A DNA stretch of 64,000 nt, taken from Vitrella brassicaformis CCMP3155. Lineage: Eukaryota; Protista; Chromerida. The stretch lies in contig CDMY01000462.1 in assembly GCA_001179505.1 (NCBI GenBank), positions 7,852-71,851 of the forward strand. Direction: 5' to 3'. The translations under genes were made by a program, and so were the position numbers. The notes beneath the pieces were generated by a model that did no database searches, was not told the DNA's origin, and saw nothing but the letters and a program-made list of their open reading frames with translations. How positions within the stretch are numbered: position 1 is the stretch's first letter; each line of letters opens with the position of its first letter. Below, piece by piece: positions 48,770 through 60,877 of the stretch.

Positions 48770-50141
48770 TTGGTTCATCGTAGTATGATGAGCGGGCTTC
48801 ACACAGCGTATCCTTTCCCCTTCAAGAAGCGCGACGACGTGGACCGCTCGGCAGCACAGGCCATGCGCAATGAGTGCAGGAATGGTGGCTTCAGCGGCAG
48901 CACATCTGGACGAGCGCCCGGCTTCGTCCAAGCCAACTTGGTCATCTTGCCGAAGGAGTTTGCTCTGGAGTTCGCCACTTTCTGCCTTCGCAACTCCCGC
49001 GCATGCCCTCTGCTGTGAGCACAAGACACACAAAAAGGCCAGACGAACACGAACGTCGTGCAATGGATAATTGATTTTGTCTGTGTTACACGTGCAGTGA
49101 TGTGACGGAAGTTGGTTCGCCTGAACCATCCATGGTTGCGCCAGGGGCGGACTTGCGGACTGATCTGCCCAAGTACCGCATCTGGTAAGCCGACATGCAG
49201 GCCAGCAGCAGGGACCAGTCTTGCGGAGGCTCATCAGATGTGTGCTGGCGCTGCGTGTGTGTGTTCAGGATAAATGGGAAACTGGAAGCGGAGGTCACAG
49301 ACATTACAGACGTCTGGCGGGTCGGCCGTCGGCTCACTCATAAAAGCACACGCAGCACTGCGCATGACAGCCTATCCGTGTGTCTGCCCGTATTTTGTGA
49401 ATGACAGAATGACTTCGTGGGGTTTGTACTGGGGTGCTCCTTCAGCTTTGAAGCGGCCCTGGCGCGAGAGGGACTGGAGCCCAGGAACGTGACCATGAAG
49501 GTAACATGCAGACAGGCCAGGGTAGTGAGTAGGTGCTTGTCCACCGTGTGGTCTGTTGTTGTCTCTTGTGCAGTCAAATGTGTCCATGTATCGCACCACA
49601 CACCCAAACATCAAATCGGGCCCTTTCGAAGGTAACCATCACTATTGCTGCAATGGCAGCGATTGATCTATCAGTGTTGCGTGGTTTTCCGGTCCTGCAG
49701 GCAATCTGGTGGTGTCGATGCGCCCGTACCCGCCCTCCTCCCTGCCTGATGTCATCCGCATCACTTCATCCTTCCCTGGAGCACACGGCGGCCCCATCTA
49801 TAAAGGGAAGACGGACGCGACTCCCCATTGCTCTTTTTTGGGAATAGGTAATCTGGGTCTGCCTGACTTCGGTGACCCTGTGCCGATTGGTGAAGGTGAA
49901 ATCCCTGTGTTCTGGGCGTGTGGCGTGACGCCACAGGTCAGGTGGATGGAGGGGCGATGGCACGTGAAGGGCGAGTGGATGAGTTTGTTTGTTTGGTTGT
50001 GCTTGTGTGCGTGTACGCGTGTAGGTGGCCATTGAGACAGCGGCGCCTGCCCCGCCCATCGCCATCACCCATGCGCCGGGGCATATGTTTGTGACGGACC
50101 TTGTCGATGATGAGATGAGAGTAGGACAGCCTCCTGGCTGA
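48770..50141 (+). CDS. DUF1445 family protein (putative hydro-lyase / D-glutamate cyclase-like, YcsI-like)
   Basis: TSGRAPGFVQANLVILP, FCLRNSRACPLL|DV, DLRTDLPKYRI, FVLGCSFSFE, GNLVVSMRP, HGGP, PDFGDPV, PVFWACGVTPQ, ITHAPGHMFVTD. Confidence 0.95.
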
Positions 50142-51081
50142 AGTCATGTAGTCCGTGGCTTTTGGCTGGTCCAAAGCAGGTCGATGTATGTGACATTGGT
50201 CTTTTTTCTACACACCATGGCACCACGCGACTGTCCGCACTCATTCGTCAAGTGCACACACAAGACACTGCGTTAAATGTGTGCAAAGGACACGGAAGTA
50301 CATGGGAATGCAGATCGATAAACCATAGGACGTCCAAAGCTCATCAATTGAGCTCACCTATCGAGGACGTATCATCGGGAAAGTACCACCCCATCGGTAG
50401 AGACTGCACTTGTGTGCGGAACAAGTCTCTACCACAGAACAAGTCTACTACCACCCAGGCACACACACTCAGACAGAATCCATACCACAAGTCTGTCCCC
50501 ATATAAACACTCCCCATACACATCTACCAGACGTGCATTCGTCATGCATACAAGACGGCCACGATAAACGCAAGTGTCTCCAGAAGCAGGAGCGACTTGC
50601 CGCCGACCCACCGGCTCATGGAAAGTCCGCCACTCATGGTCATCTTCCGTAAGACTCTGTAAGGATTGGCTTTCCTTACAGATGCGTTCTGGAGTCACTC
50701 ACTGTCCCGGCCATGCTGTGAATGAATAAGCGTTTCGTGGCTTATCTGTCAGGCAGCATCGCGAAGACCTTTGAGCCCCATTCGGGACTCGCGAAGCTTG
50801 CTGAGCGTGGCACGCTCTTACGAAACAATTCCTCCGTCCGTAATTGGGGCCCAAGCTAGCACTTCCTTCGGTTCTCGAGGGGGGCTTGCATTCGCGAAAG
50901 GCGGCGAAAGCATAGCGAGTCCCGCCAGCCCGACGGAGGAGGGAAATTTCATAACTAGCGTAGATCAATCCCCTCCCAAACTTGCCCCCGCATGGATCGC
51001 CCGATCGCCTCTCTTGGGGCCCCTTTCTCTCAGTTCCCTCCCCTTTTCCTCCTCCTCTTCTCTTCCCTCCTCCCCCTTGTC

Positions 51082-52024
51082 ATGGCATCGTCTACGGTTG
51101 AGATGTTCTGCGGGAGGATGGGTGAAAGAACTCACAACCTCCTCATGGACAAGTGGGGCCTCAGTGACAAGGAAATCGAGGTGGATGGCACTCACAAATG
51201 TGTGCAAGAAGGTGTGTCGCTCTGTGTGTCATCCTTCATCATCTTCAGGACCTTTGTTACATGCTTCCTGAGGCACCGGAACTCGGCAGCATGAGGTACT
51301 TGCGAACAGACCGATGGCTGTAATTGCGCGACAGTGTATGGTTTGTCGCAGCTTGTGCAGCAACGGGTTTGGTTCGAGGGCCGTGATTGCCCTCTCGGAG
51401 GTCCTCCCTGTCAAGGCGCCTCACCTGCACACACTGATCCTCTCATACAACGACATACACAAGTAGCCAGGCCATGTGTCGTTTCATCGATTTTATGTGT
51501 TGTCCGCATCTTTCGCAGGAATGGGTGCGTTGCTCTGCGTGACATGCTGATGGGCAGGTTTGAGCTGAGAAGTCTCTCTCTCGATCACAACCAGATCGGC
51601 GATGAAGGTCAGCGTACAGCGACGCAGAAGAGAGAACAACACCGGGTCCCTCGTGTCACATTCTGGCACATGCATGTTTCATGCAGGCCTGGCCTATCTG
51701 TCGGAAGCCTTCACCCACACACCCCACCTGCACTCGCTGGACCTGCGCAGCAATGGCCTCACAGACAGCTCGTCCCACCTTCTGGCTGCCCGTCTCCCAT
51801 ACTGTGTCTCGCTTACAAAGTGCCGCCTTGACGACAACATGCTGTCGCCGGCAGGCGTGCAGAGACTTGTAGAGGCCAAAAAGCGGTGCGTGAGCTTAAC
51901 CACCCTCAGCATCGACAGACAGAGAGAGCGGAGCATTTCTCGCGCCCACGAGACGGCGAGACTGGCCAGGGGATATCTCAAGAAGCTGTACATGAATGTG
52001 GTGCCTGTACTGCTGGCGTGCTAG
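51082..52024 (+). CDS. RNI-like (RanGAP/NLRC3-type) leucine-rich repeat protein
   Basis: Spliced repeats LHTLILSYNDI, LRSLSLDHNQIGDE|GLAYLSEA, LHSLDLRSNGLTD, LTKCRLDDNMLSPAG. Confidence 0.85.
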
Positions 52025-52182
52025 AGATAGATAGAGACAGAGGCATGGTGGGAATGAAGAGTGAGTGGACGGGCAAGAAAGAGAAAAGGCAAAAAAAAGA
52101 CCGAAGAGGGGAAGAGGGAAAGACAGTGCAGATGGAACGAACACGGAATGACCATGGGGTCCCGCATTCTCACGCTATCACG

Positions 52183-54459
52183 CTACGCCCCGAAGATGGG
52201 CAGTGGCTCCTTCCGTCTCGCATGGCCTGCTCCCTGCCTTGGCACAGCGACGACAGCGTGAGGCTCCCGAGGGATCAGCCGATCCCACGACGACTCGTCT
52301 TGATGCACAGCACCAGTTGGGCCAGAGGATTCACGCACAAGTGGGGCCAGCCACGCCAGAGATGCACTCAGCCAGTTGTCCGTAGACTGCCTTCTTGGCT
52401 GGATGTCGTGTGCTCTTCGAGCCGGTCTTGGGAGCGTCTCTTTCATCTGGTCGGTCATGATGTCTCCGTTACGTTGTGCTCTGTGCCGGATGAGAGCCCG
52501 CTCTACCCAGTGATGCCACTGGTGGAAAGGGATGGACCGCCGTTGGGCCTCTTCATACAGAGGTCTGGCGTCGACCGTGCACAGATCTTCCATGAATGGC
52601 GAGCTGAGCTTGCAGGCAAGGACCTGTGGCAGGCATGTCCGGGGGAGAGGGTGTTTGCCGAAGAACGGTGCACATTATTGACAGGTCTCACCGTCAGACG
52701 GAAGTATTCCTCTTTGTGGTCCTTGTGTCGCGGAGGCGGCGGGCCAACATCTGATTGCACCTCGGTCTCTCTTACGGAGGCACGACCATTCTCCGCTGGC
52801 CCTTCCTTGATGCCCTGCAGGTCAAGAGGCGGGACGGGGTGTGCTTCAGCCTCGGCCACCTCTGCATGTTGGGACAAGACCTGGCTTGATGACCTGAGCG
52901 CTTTCTCTTCTCTCACCTAGCTGCATCGACTCGTGAAGCTCATCACGGATGGACGAAAACTGCAAGCAGAGGGGTTGAGAAGCGAAGTGTTGTCAGAAAG
53001 AGCCGTGCCGCCTTCACTTACGCGTCTCTTTCTGTTGACAATATCTTCTGGGGACCCCGCCTCCGTCTCCTCATCATCACTCTCCTGGACCGGCTCCTGC
53101 TGCTGTGCTTGCATGGCGGCGATGGCTTGCTCGTATTCAGCCTTGTCGCGCTTGCTCTTCCTCAATGTGAAGTCGAGCACTGTCTGCAGGTCATGCAGCC
53201 GCCTTTGTTCGTCCACGAGCTCCTGCTGACATGACGCCAACTCGGTTTCAAGCTGGGGAGACGGGAGGAGGACAACAGGGATGTGACTATGTTGCTGTAG
53301 CGAGTGTCTCTGTGGCTGCACCTTAATGCATTGCTGTCTCCAGTGGTCGCATTTCTTTCGCCATTTGTCGGCCTCTCTCTCGCGAGTCTCTGCTAGCTCA
53401 GCCTTCTCTTGTAGTGCTGCAGGGCACCAACCACATACACACTCGGTAGACAAGGACGCCCTGGGTGATAGATATCGTGTCTCACTGGAGATTTGCGCCT
53501 CCTGCCGTCGCGTCTTCTGCGTGGCTCTCGCGAGCGCGCCTGCGGAGATATGTGCCTGCTGTTGAGCAAAGAATGTCTCGTCATATGTGCTTCGTACCCT
53601 TCAGCGAAGCAACTTCGGCTGCAAGGTTGGCAACCTCGCCTCGGAGGGCATCATCACTCTCCTGTAAATGACAGATTGTCGCATCCATGCGGCATGGGCA
53701 TGGGGGGGGGGGATGCTATTTCCTTGTGTCTCTGTATCGGCTCCATACTTGCTCTTGTCTTTTCCTGTCACTGCCCGCCTCCGACGAACGACGGGACGCT
53801 GACGCGCGAAGAACCTGCAGCTCTGCCGTCAGCTCGCCCACCTGCAGCCACCAATCATGGCGGTGAAGGGTCCTTATCTGAACAGCTGGCTGCATACCTG
53901 TGTTTCGGCCTCTGCTAGGGAACTTCTAAGTAGACCGATGCGACGCTCGTGAGAGCCCCTGTCCTGTGGATGTGCAGCAAGCAAGTCATATGGCGTGGTA
54001 GGCATGGTGCCGCGTCTCATCTGTCTGCCCCACCTCTACGAGTGTTCTGAGCTCTTCATTTTGCTTCTCCGCCAGCTCCCTCTCGCGGCGTTGCTCCTCC
54101 ATCCTCTCGTAAAGGATACCACACTGGATGAAAACCACACACCAAGACGCATGAGAATTGGGGGTTTGTCCAGCTCCTTCGCACACCAGTTCGGCCGCCA
54201 ATCGGCAGTCATCCCTTCGGAATCCCAGCCTGTCGTCGCCCCCGTCGTGTACTTCATGTGCACAGTATTTGTTGCGAAGGTCCCCCACGAGCACTGCCAG
54301 CTCACTGAGGGGCATCTCATGGCTCAGGAGGCCGTGGTCCGTTGTCGCATCATGATAGCTGCTCGCCTTCCTCGGCCGCTCGTCTGCGTGGTCTTCATAT
54401 ACGGTGAGGTCGGACGTAGACGCAGCCCAGAGGGATGGGTAGCCTTTCGTCACAGACAT
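52183..54459 (-). CDS. Hypothetical coiled-coil protein
   Basis: Coiled-coil exons (EKAELAETREREADKWRKK; ELASCQQELVDEQRRLHDLQ) and a compact motif EEYFRLT|VLACKL...LYEEAQRRSIPFHQWHHWVE. The internal exon structure is only partly resolved. Confidence 0.68.
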
Positions 54460-55348
54460 CTCAAGGAATGGAGGGAGGGGAGAGAATTGGCGTCCAGAAG
54501 TCGAGATTTTCGCGTCATCGGATTTGCGGCCTCCCTAGCAAGCTGAGACGAGTCCCGAACGAATGAGACATGATCCTTGAACAGGCTTACACACTGAGAG
54601 GCGCACCAAACTTCTTTCACTCGATTGTGTAGGTCGGTTTTGCGTATTCGCATGCACACACGCAGGCCTCACTCATTGTTGTCAATTACCCCTCCTCCCA
54701 CACGTCTTCCCACCCACCCACCCAATCACTCACTCTCCCCCCTCCCCTGTACACCTACGTGTGAGTCGGAGAACAGCAAATACACAAGGCAGGCAGGCAG
54801 GCAGGCGGACGAGCATACAGGAGGAGAAAATTGAGCCTGGCTGACGGCGCCTCCAGTTTGTTTGGCGTAAGCAGCTGGCTCTCTCTTGCTTTTTGCTTCT
54901 TGCGTGTGTGTTTGTGTGTGTCTTGGTGTGTCTTGGTGTGTGTCTTTCCTTTCTTACTAAGACCGAAAAACCACATAAATCCAACTGACTGACATACGGA
55001 CAAGAATGCAATGCAATCAATGGAGTCATGAACATACAAACGTATATGGTATGGATGGATGGATGGGCGAGCTGTGTGCATACACACACACACACGGGAA
55101 CACTGGCACACTGGCACACAGGCAGCAAGGTTGGTTAGGTTAGGTTAGATAACGATACGTAATCACCCCTCCCCCCTCCCTGTCCCTCTCCCCTGTACAC
55201 AGACAAACAGGCAGACGACAGGTGGAGAGACGAAGAGAGAGACAGATACACACAAAACGGTACACAATTCTTTCCCCCCACTCCCTCCCACCCCTTATTC
55301 CTTATCCACCACACATCGACTGACTCATCGACTCCCTCGCTCATTCAT

Positions 55349-56864
55349 TCAGCCTCCGCCTTTCCTCCCCTTCCACCCCGACCACCTGCCCGTCCACAGA
55401 GCGCTGTTCGGCCGCCTCTCCCGCGGCACCACACTCGCCTTCTTGACGGCAGACGCTATCACGTTGATGGCGATCGACGGCGAACTCAGCAGCTCCAAAC
55501 GCGGGTCGCTGTCACGACAGTGGACGCCTTCTTCCCTGCTGCTGCTGTGGTGCGTGTGTGACGTGGTGGCCGTGGTGGTGCCGTCCTCGGTGTGTGGGGG
55601 CGAGCAAGGCGGCCGCGGGAGGTGGGTGTGGGTGTGGGCGAGGGAGGGGGGTTGGCCGACGAAGCTCAGCATGCTGTCAGTGTTGGCGGCGATGGCAACA
55701 TCGCCTCTGCACGGAGAGGTCTGCTCGTGTAGGAAGGGCAGCACATGGCGGGGCGTCTTGCCGCCTCCCCCCATCGTGAACGGCCGGCTGCCATGTGGTG
55801 TCCGGCTGTTCGGTGTGCGGCCGGCCGTGTTGGTGGCGTCGGACGCGTGTGATTGTGACGCAGTCGAGGTTCTGGGCGTGGTGCCGAGCGGGGTGTGGCC
55901 GTCTTCGACGTAGCCCGCCACGGCGTCGCACGCGTGGCGCACCGGGCTCTCCATGCACATGGGCCGGTCCTCTGCGTCTCCCTCAGGGTGCGCGAGAGGC
56001 GGCAGCTGCAGCTGGTCCATTGTCGCTCCACCGCCACCAAGCCCGCCACCACCAGTGCCATTGCTGGTGCTGCCACAGGGGCTGAGTCCTTCGAAGGTCA
56101 CCGGGCTGAAGTTGAAGTCGGCTTCGCTGTCGTTGCTGTCGCACTGCATCATCTCCATGGCGTCGGGATCCTCGACGATGCGCGAGAGGGTGTCCATGAC
56201 GCTGTGCACGGCAGGGGTGGCAAGGCCGGTCGTGTCGCGCATGGCCGCCGAGTTTGGCGTCACTGCGGGGCGGTAACTGTTGCTGGCAGGGGGGATGGCC
56301 CCGTGCTGCTGCAGCACGTCGAGGAAGCTGCTCAGCTGCATCTCGTGTATCTTGGCGGACGTGTGTGGCGACTGCAGCCGGGCGGAGTGGGGGGTGTTGG
56401 CCTCCATTATCAAGGCCGTGGCGGGGCTGAAGACTGGCCGACAGGGGTGGAAGTGGTCATCGAGCGGTATCCGGCGGCTCATCAGCAGCTCTTCCCTCAA
56501 CATGCGGTCACACGCCTCCTGAACACACACACACGCGCAAGAGGTGAAATGAACAGTGAATGGCCGCCTATCTCTGCGTCAACGTTGTGTAACGGTCGGT
56601 TCGCGAGAGCGGTGCCACCTGACTCACCTGCAGCAGGCAGTCGCTGGGCAGCTCACAGGTGAGGTTGGGAGGGAGCGCCTGTGGCTGTGGATCAGGCAGC
56701 TGCGGCCGGGGGTGGTGCTGAGGGGGAACCGTGCCAGGCGGTGGTGCTTGTGACGACATCGACGACCCCTGCAACATCGGCACGCGCAACGACACCTCCC
56801 CGGCACCTGAGATGGCAAGCAGAGAGGCGAGATGGGCCTCCCCCTCATATGCAGCAACCATCAT
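55349..56864 (-). CDS. Hypothetical low-complexity S/T-P-rich protein
   Basis: Two exons joined in frame across intron 56519-56627 (LLQ|EACDR). The second exon is a long ORF of about 390 codons with roughly 16 SP/TP sites. Confidence 0.62.
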
Positions 56865-57128
56865 GATGGCAGTTAACTGACTGCACCTGTCGGCTCACCT
56901 TGAGTGTTTTCTCGCTCCTCCTGTTTTTTCAGCAGAACAGATGGCTGTCCCCACACTCTGTCCATCCTCGCATGCCGCGAAAGGGGGAATTCAGCGTGGG
57001 TGCGCGCTCAGCTTGACCTCCATGTGTTTCACGGCAACGCTCTAACAAGTAAGGCGCCCAGGGAGGAGGCGCTGCGGAGAAACTGAGCTGTGTCCGAGAG
57101 CTCTGCTTTGCGGCTCGTGTATATAGCG

Positions 57129-59653
57129 ATGTTCGGCGGCTTCGGCCTTCGGCAGCTGCTATACTGGGAGAATCGGCTGACGAGGCGGCTCCCCAGGGAG
57201 AGGGGGAGAGGCAGGGGCGATGAAAGCAGCGATGGCAGCGATGCCGACGAGACGCCCAGCGAGAGGGGCAGAGGGAGAGGGACAGCAGGGCCACAAAGCA
57301 ATAGTGTGCCACCTTCTTCTTCTGGTCGGCAGGGGATGCGGCTCGATGAACTCAGTGCGGACATCATTGTGTACATCCTCGGGTGGGTCAGCAGGCCTGC
57401 TCAGAAGCCGCTGTGCATCTGTGCTCAGGTGGGTAACAAAACAGACAGACAGACAGACAGGAGGACATCTGACGTCAGATGGTTCCCCGGTGTGTCCGTC
57501 TGTCTGGTCAGGTGTGTCATCGATTGCACGGCGTGAGCGTGAATGAGGAGCTGTGGAGCGGCATATTCAGAGAGCGGTTCGCGCGACACCTCTCGCCCTC
57601 AGCCACCGTCCGCTATCTCTCGCCAGACCCTCTGGTGCTGCCGCGCAGACGGCCTCTGCGAAAGAGAGATAGACACGACAGGCGCAAAGACACGGGAGAC
57701 CAGCAGCAGCAGGACGACCACAAGGCGCCCCGGTTGCTGCTGCCGATCCCCCAGCGAGAGAGCTCTGCGTGTGGCCCTCCGGCCCCGCGGACACGGACGA
57801 TGTCGTCTGATGCGTCCACGCCGTGTGAGGGGGTGCGCAGGCGGGCGGGCATGCCCTGCACGACTTCATGGAGAGGCAAGTTCGCCGCCAAGCACACTCT
57901 GGAAAGGTAAAAAACGGGGGCTGGGGCTGGGGAGAGAGGCGCTGGTTGCTTTTTTGCATGATAGACTCCAAGGCGACATGTGCGGGCACTGTGTGTGTAG
58001 GAAGTGGAGTAGAGGTGTGTACGACCACAAGATCAAGGGCTCAATGGACGCCAAGGTCAGTCAGTCGCCCACACACCTACGCACCCACAGGCCTTCCTTC
58101 TTCTACACCCCATGTGTCTGTCTGCAGGCGTCGGTGTTGGACGTGTCCTTTGCCATGTCTGGCGCGCTCATCCTGGCGGCCTGCCGCGACGGCAGCCTCT
58201 ACCTCATGTGCCCACACAGCGGCGAGCGGGTCAAGAGACTCACCCCACCCACCACTGACCCATCGACCCACCCGTCCGCCACGTGCTGTGCGCACATGCT
58301 GCCCACGGTGCCGACCACACGGATGCTGGACCGGCTGCTCGAGAATGGGGAGGCCGATCATGAGGAGGTGCAGGTGATGGAGTGGGACGCCCCACCTCTG
58401 GTCTTCGCAGGTACCTGCGCAAAGGCAGGCAGACACACAGACGGGCGTCTGTTGTTGTGTCCACTTGTGTCCATGTGTGTCTTCCTTGGTTGGTTTAGGA
58501 TTTTCTGACGGTCGGTGCATCGTGTGGGACCTGTCGCGGCCATCATCGGCCAACACCAGCGACAACCAGATAGTGCGGACACTCAACTGCCACCCCAGGG
58601 GTGTGTCGGCGCTCGCACTGGTGCCCTCCAACCCCATGGCCACCCGCTCCCACGCCCACGCCCACGGCACACACATCGACGGCAAGCTACTGAGTGGCGG
58701 GGCCGATGGATCCTGCTGCCTGTGGAGCGTGGGAGAGGCAGCCGATGGGCCGCTGCAACGCTTCCACGGCCACACGGCATCTGTGGAAGCCGTCGCGCCT
58801 GCACGGGATGGCAACGGTGTCTTCTTCACTGCATCGAAGGTCGGTCAGTCGGTTGATTGGGAGGGAAATGATGTGTGTTGGCATGGATGCGTTCAGGACC
58901 GGCTTGTGCGGATGTATGACTGGCGAGTGGGCGGCACAAGGCCCGTGTGCGAGTTCCCCAAGCACAAGGACTGGGTCCTCTGCGTCGAGGCGCATCCCAC
59001 ATCCCCACACCTACTCAGAAGTGAGCACATGAGTGAGTGTGGGCGGAATGGATGGATGGATGGATGGAGACCGATACATATCATCTTTATCTTTGCCTTT
59101 GTTGTCTGTCTGTGTCTGCGTCAACAGGCACCGACAAGCAGGTGCATCTGTGGGATGTCCGGCGGCCTTTGCAGCGTCTGCCGCTGGGCCCCCACGACCC
59201 CCTCCACAGGCACCGGCAGCTCATCACGGGCATCAGATCCGACGCATTTCGTTGTGTGTCGGTCTCCTTCGACGGGGCCGTCAAGCTCTCATCACAGGTG
59301 TGCGTGTCTGAAGGCAACTAACGGGAATTTCTCTCTTAATGAATGAATGTGTGGGGCGGTGTGGCTTGGTTTATGTGTGTGTTGTGGTCAGGAGGATCGG
59401 AGCTGGCGCGGGGGTCATGGTGATGATGGGGGCGAGGTGGTGTCGCTCACTGTGTGCTCCGACTGGGTCATGAGCGTCGACTTCGACGAGACGCAGCTCG
59501 TCACAGGTGCGGGCAGTAGTAGAGGGCAGCCTGGATGGATGGATCGATGGATCGATGGACCCACGCACCAATCGCCATCCATATGTGTGTGTGTGTTTGT
59601 GTGCGTGTGCAGGCACTGTTGACGGGAGAGTTGAGATATTCACATTTACCTGA
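57129..59653 (+). CDS. F-box / WD40-repeat protein
   Basis: F-box-like LDELSADIIVYILG...VNEELWSGIF. WD repeats: GFSDGRCIVWD, CHPRGVSAL, LLSGGADGSCCLWS, GHTASVEAV, DRLVRMYDW, HKDWVLCV, DKQVHLWD, DWVMSVDFD. Stop at TGA 59653. Confidence 0.9.
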
Positions 59654-60518
59654 CTGGCTGGCTGGGGCGTAGGTATGGGCGGAGGGGTGTCAACAGAGAT
59701 GCAGTGTAATATGACGCAATGTACTGTAGTGTAGTGTAGCAAAGGGAAGGGCTGGCTGGCCTGCCAGCCTTCTCACAAGGGTCGAGTCGATCTTAACACA
59801 CACACACACACACACATACACACACACACATACACACGCATGAATTAAGGGCGGGTGCTTTGGGTGGGTGTCATTGGCTGTCGAGCGGGGGATTGACGGC
59901 CTGTACCAAGTGAGTGTGCTGTGAAGGGGTGGAGAACGCTCCCCCTTGCCCCTACAGCCTCTCTTCGTCTTGTTCCATGTGCGCGTGTGAGTGGTGGACG
60001 GTGTTTGTGGTGAGCAGCAGCTGCTTGCCGTACGATGGCGCTTGCAAATGGCGCGAAACGCGTAGACAGAGGGGGGAATTCAATGTCTTTCACGGTTTTT
60101 GTGTGCGCGGCGGTGTGGCGGGATGGCCGTCCCTTGATCATCACCATGTGGCAACGAGATGCGGCGCAGCATCCGACTGCCACTTGAGGGTGCACGAGAG
60201 ACGGCCGGATCGCTGCACATGCCATCGACTAACCTGCACACGAGTGGCTGGGATGACTGTGCGAGTGCGCGCGTGTGGACAGGCAAGCCGGCTGTGTGGC
60301 GGGATTGCCATTCCTGGACGTTCTTCAGCGGCAGCAAGATGCGGCCCAGCATCGTGCTGCCACTAGAGTACGCGTAGGAATGGTGGGACCGCCGGACACA
60401 CAATTCCCGGCTTGCGAGCGGCTTGTTGACGGAGGAGCATGGGCGTGTCCCGTCCCTTTTTGCCACTCACTATCCTGCCGGTCAGCTGACCAAATGTCTT
60501 GAGAGTGAGAGGAAGGGA

Positions 60519-60551
<33 letters not shown>

Positions 60552-60877
60552 GGAGGATGCTGTATGGGTGTACTGTATGGGTGTTGGTGGGAGGGTGGTT
60601 GTCTGGCCATGTAGTAAGAACGCCCTTGCTGTCAGTGACGCTAGAGGGTTAAAATGTCACTCACTGAAAAAGACGGCACGAAACGCACAGAAAAACACAC
60701 AACGCGTTCGTTCATCCGTTCGTTCCACTACTGCAACCCGCTAACACGCACCAGCCGCTGTACAATACACCCACACACTCTACCCACCTCTAGAAAGTGC
60801 CCCAGCCCAAACACACACACATGAGGAGAGACTATCTTCCCATGCACTCCATCCACACCGCCATCTGCCCACTTCGT

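Noticed and set aside
55128-55150. GGTTAGGTTAGGTTAG as a telomeric repeat
   Set aside because: Only about three 5-mer units in a microsatellite-rich genome, and no telomeric context.
59880-60520. Short ORFs between the F-box and lactone oxidoreductase genes
   Set aside because: No recognisable motif or consistent exon chain. Probably 3' UTR or intergenic sequence.
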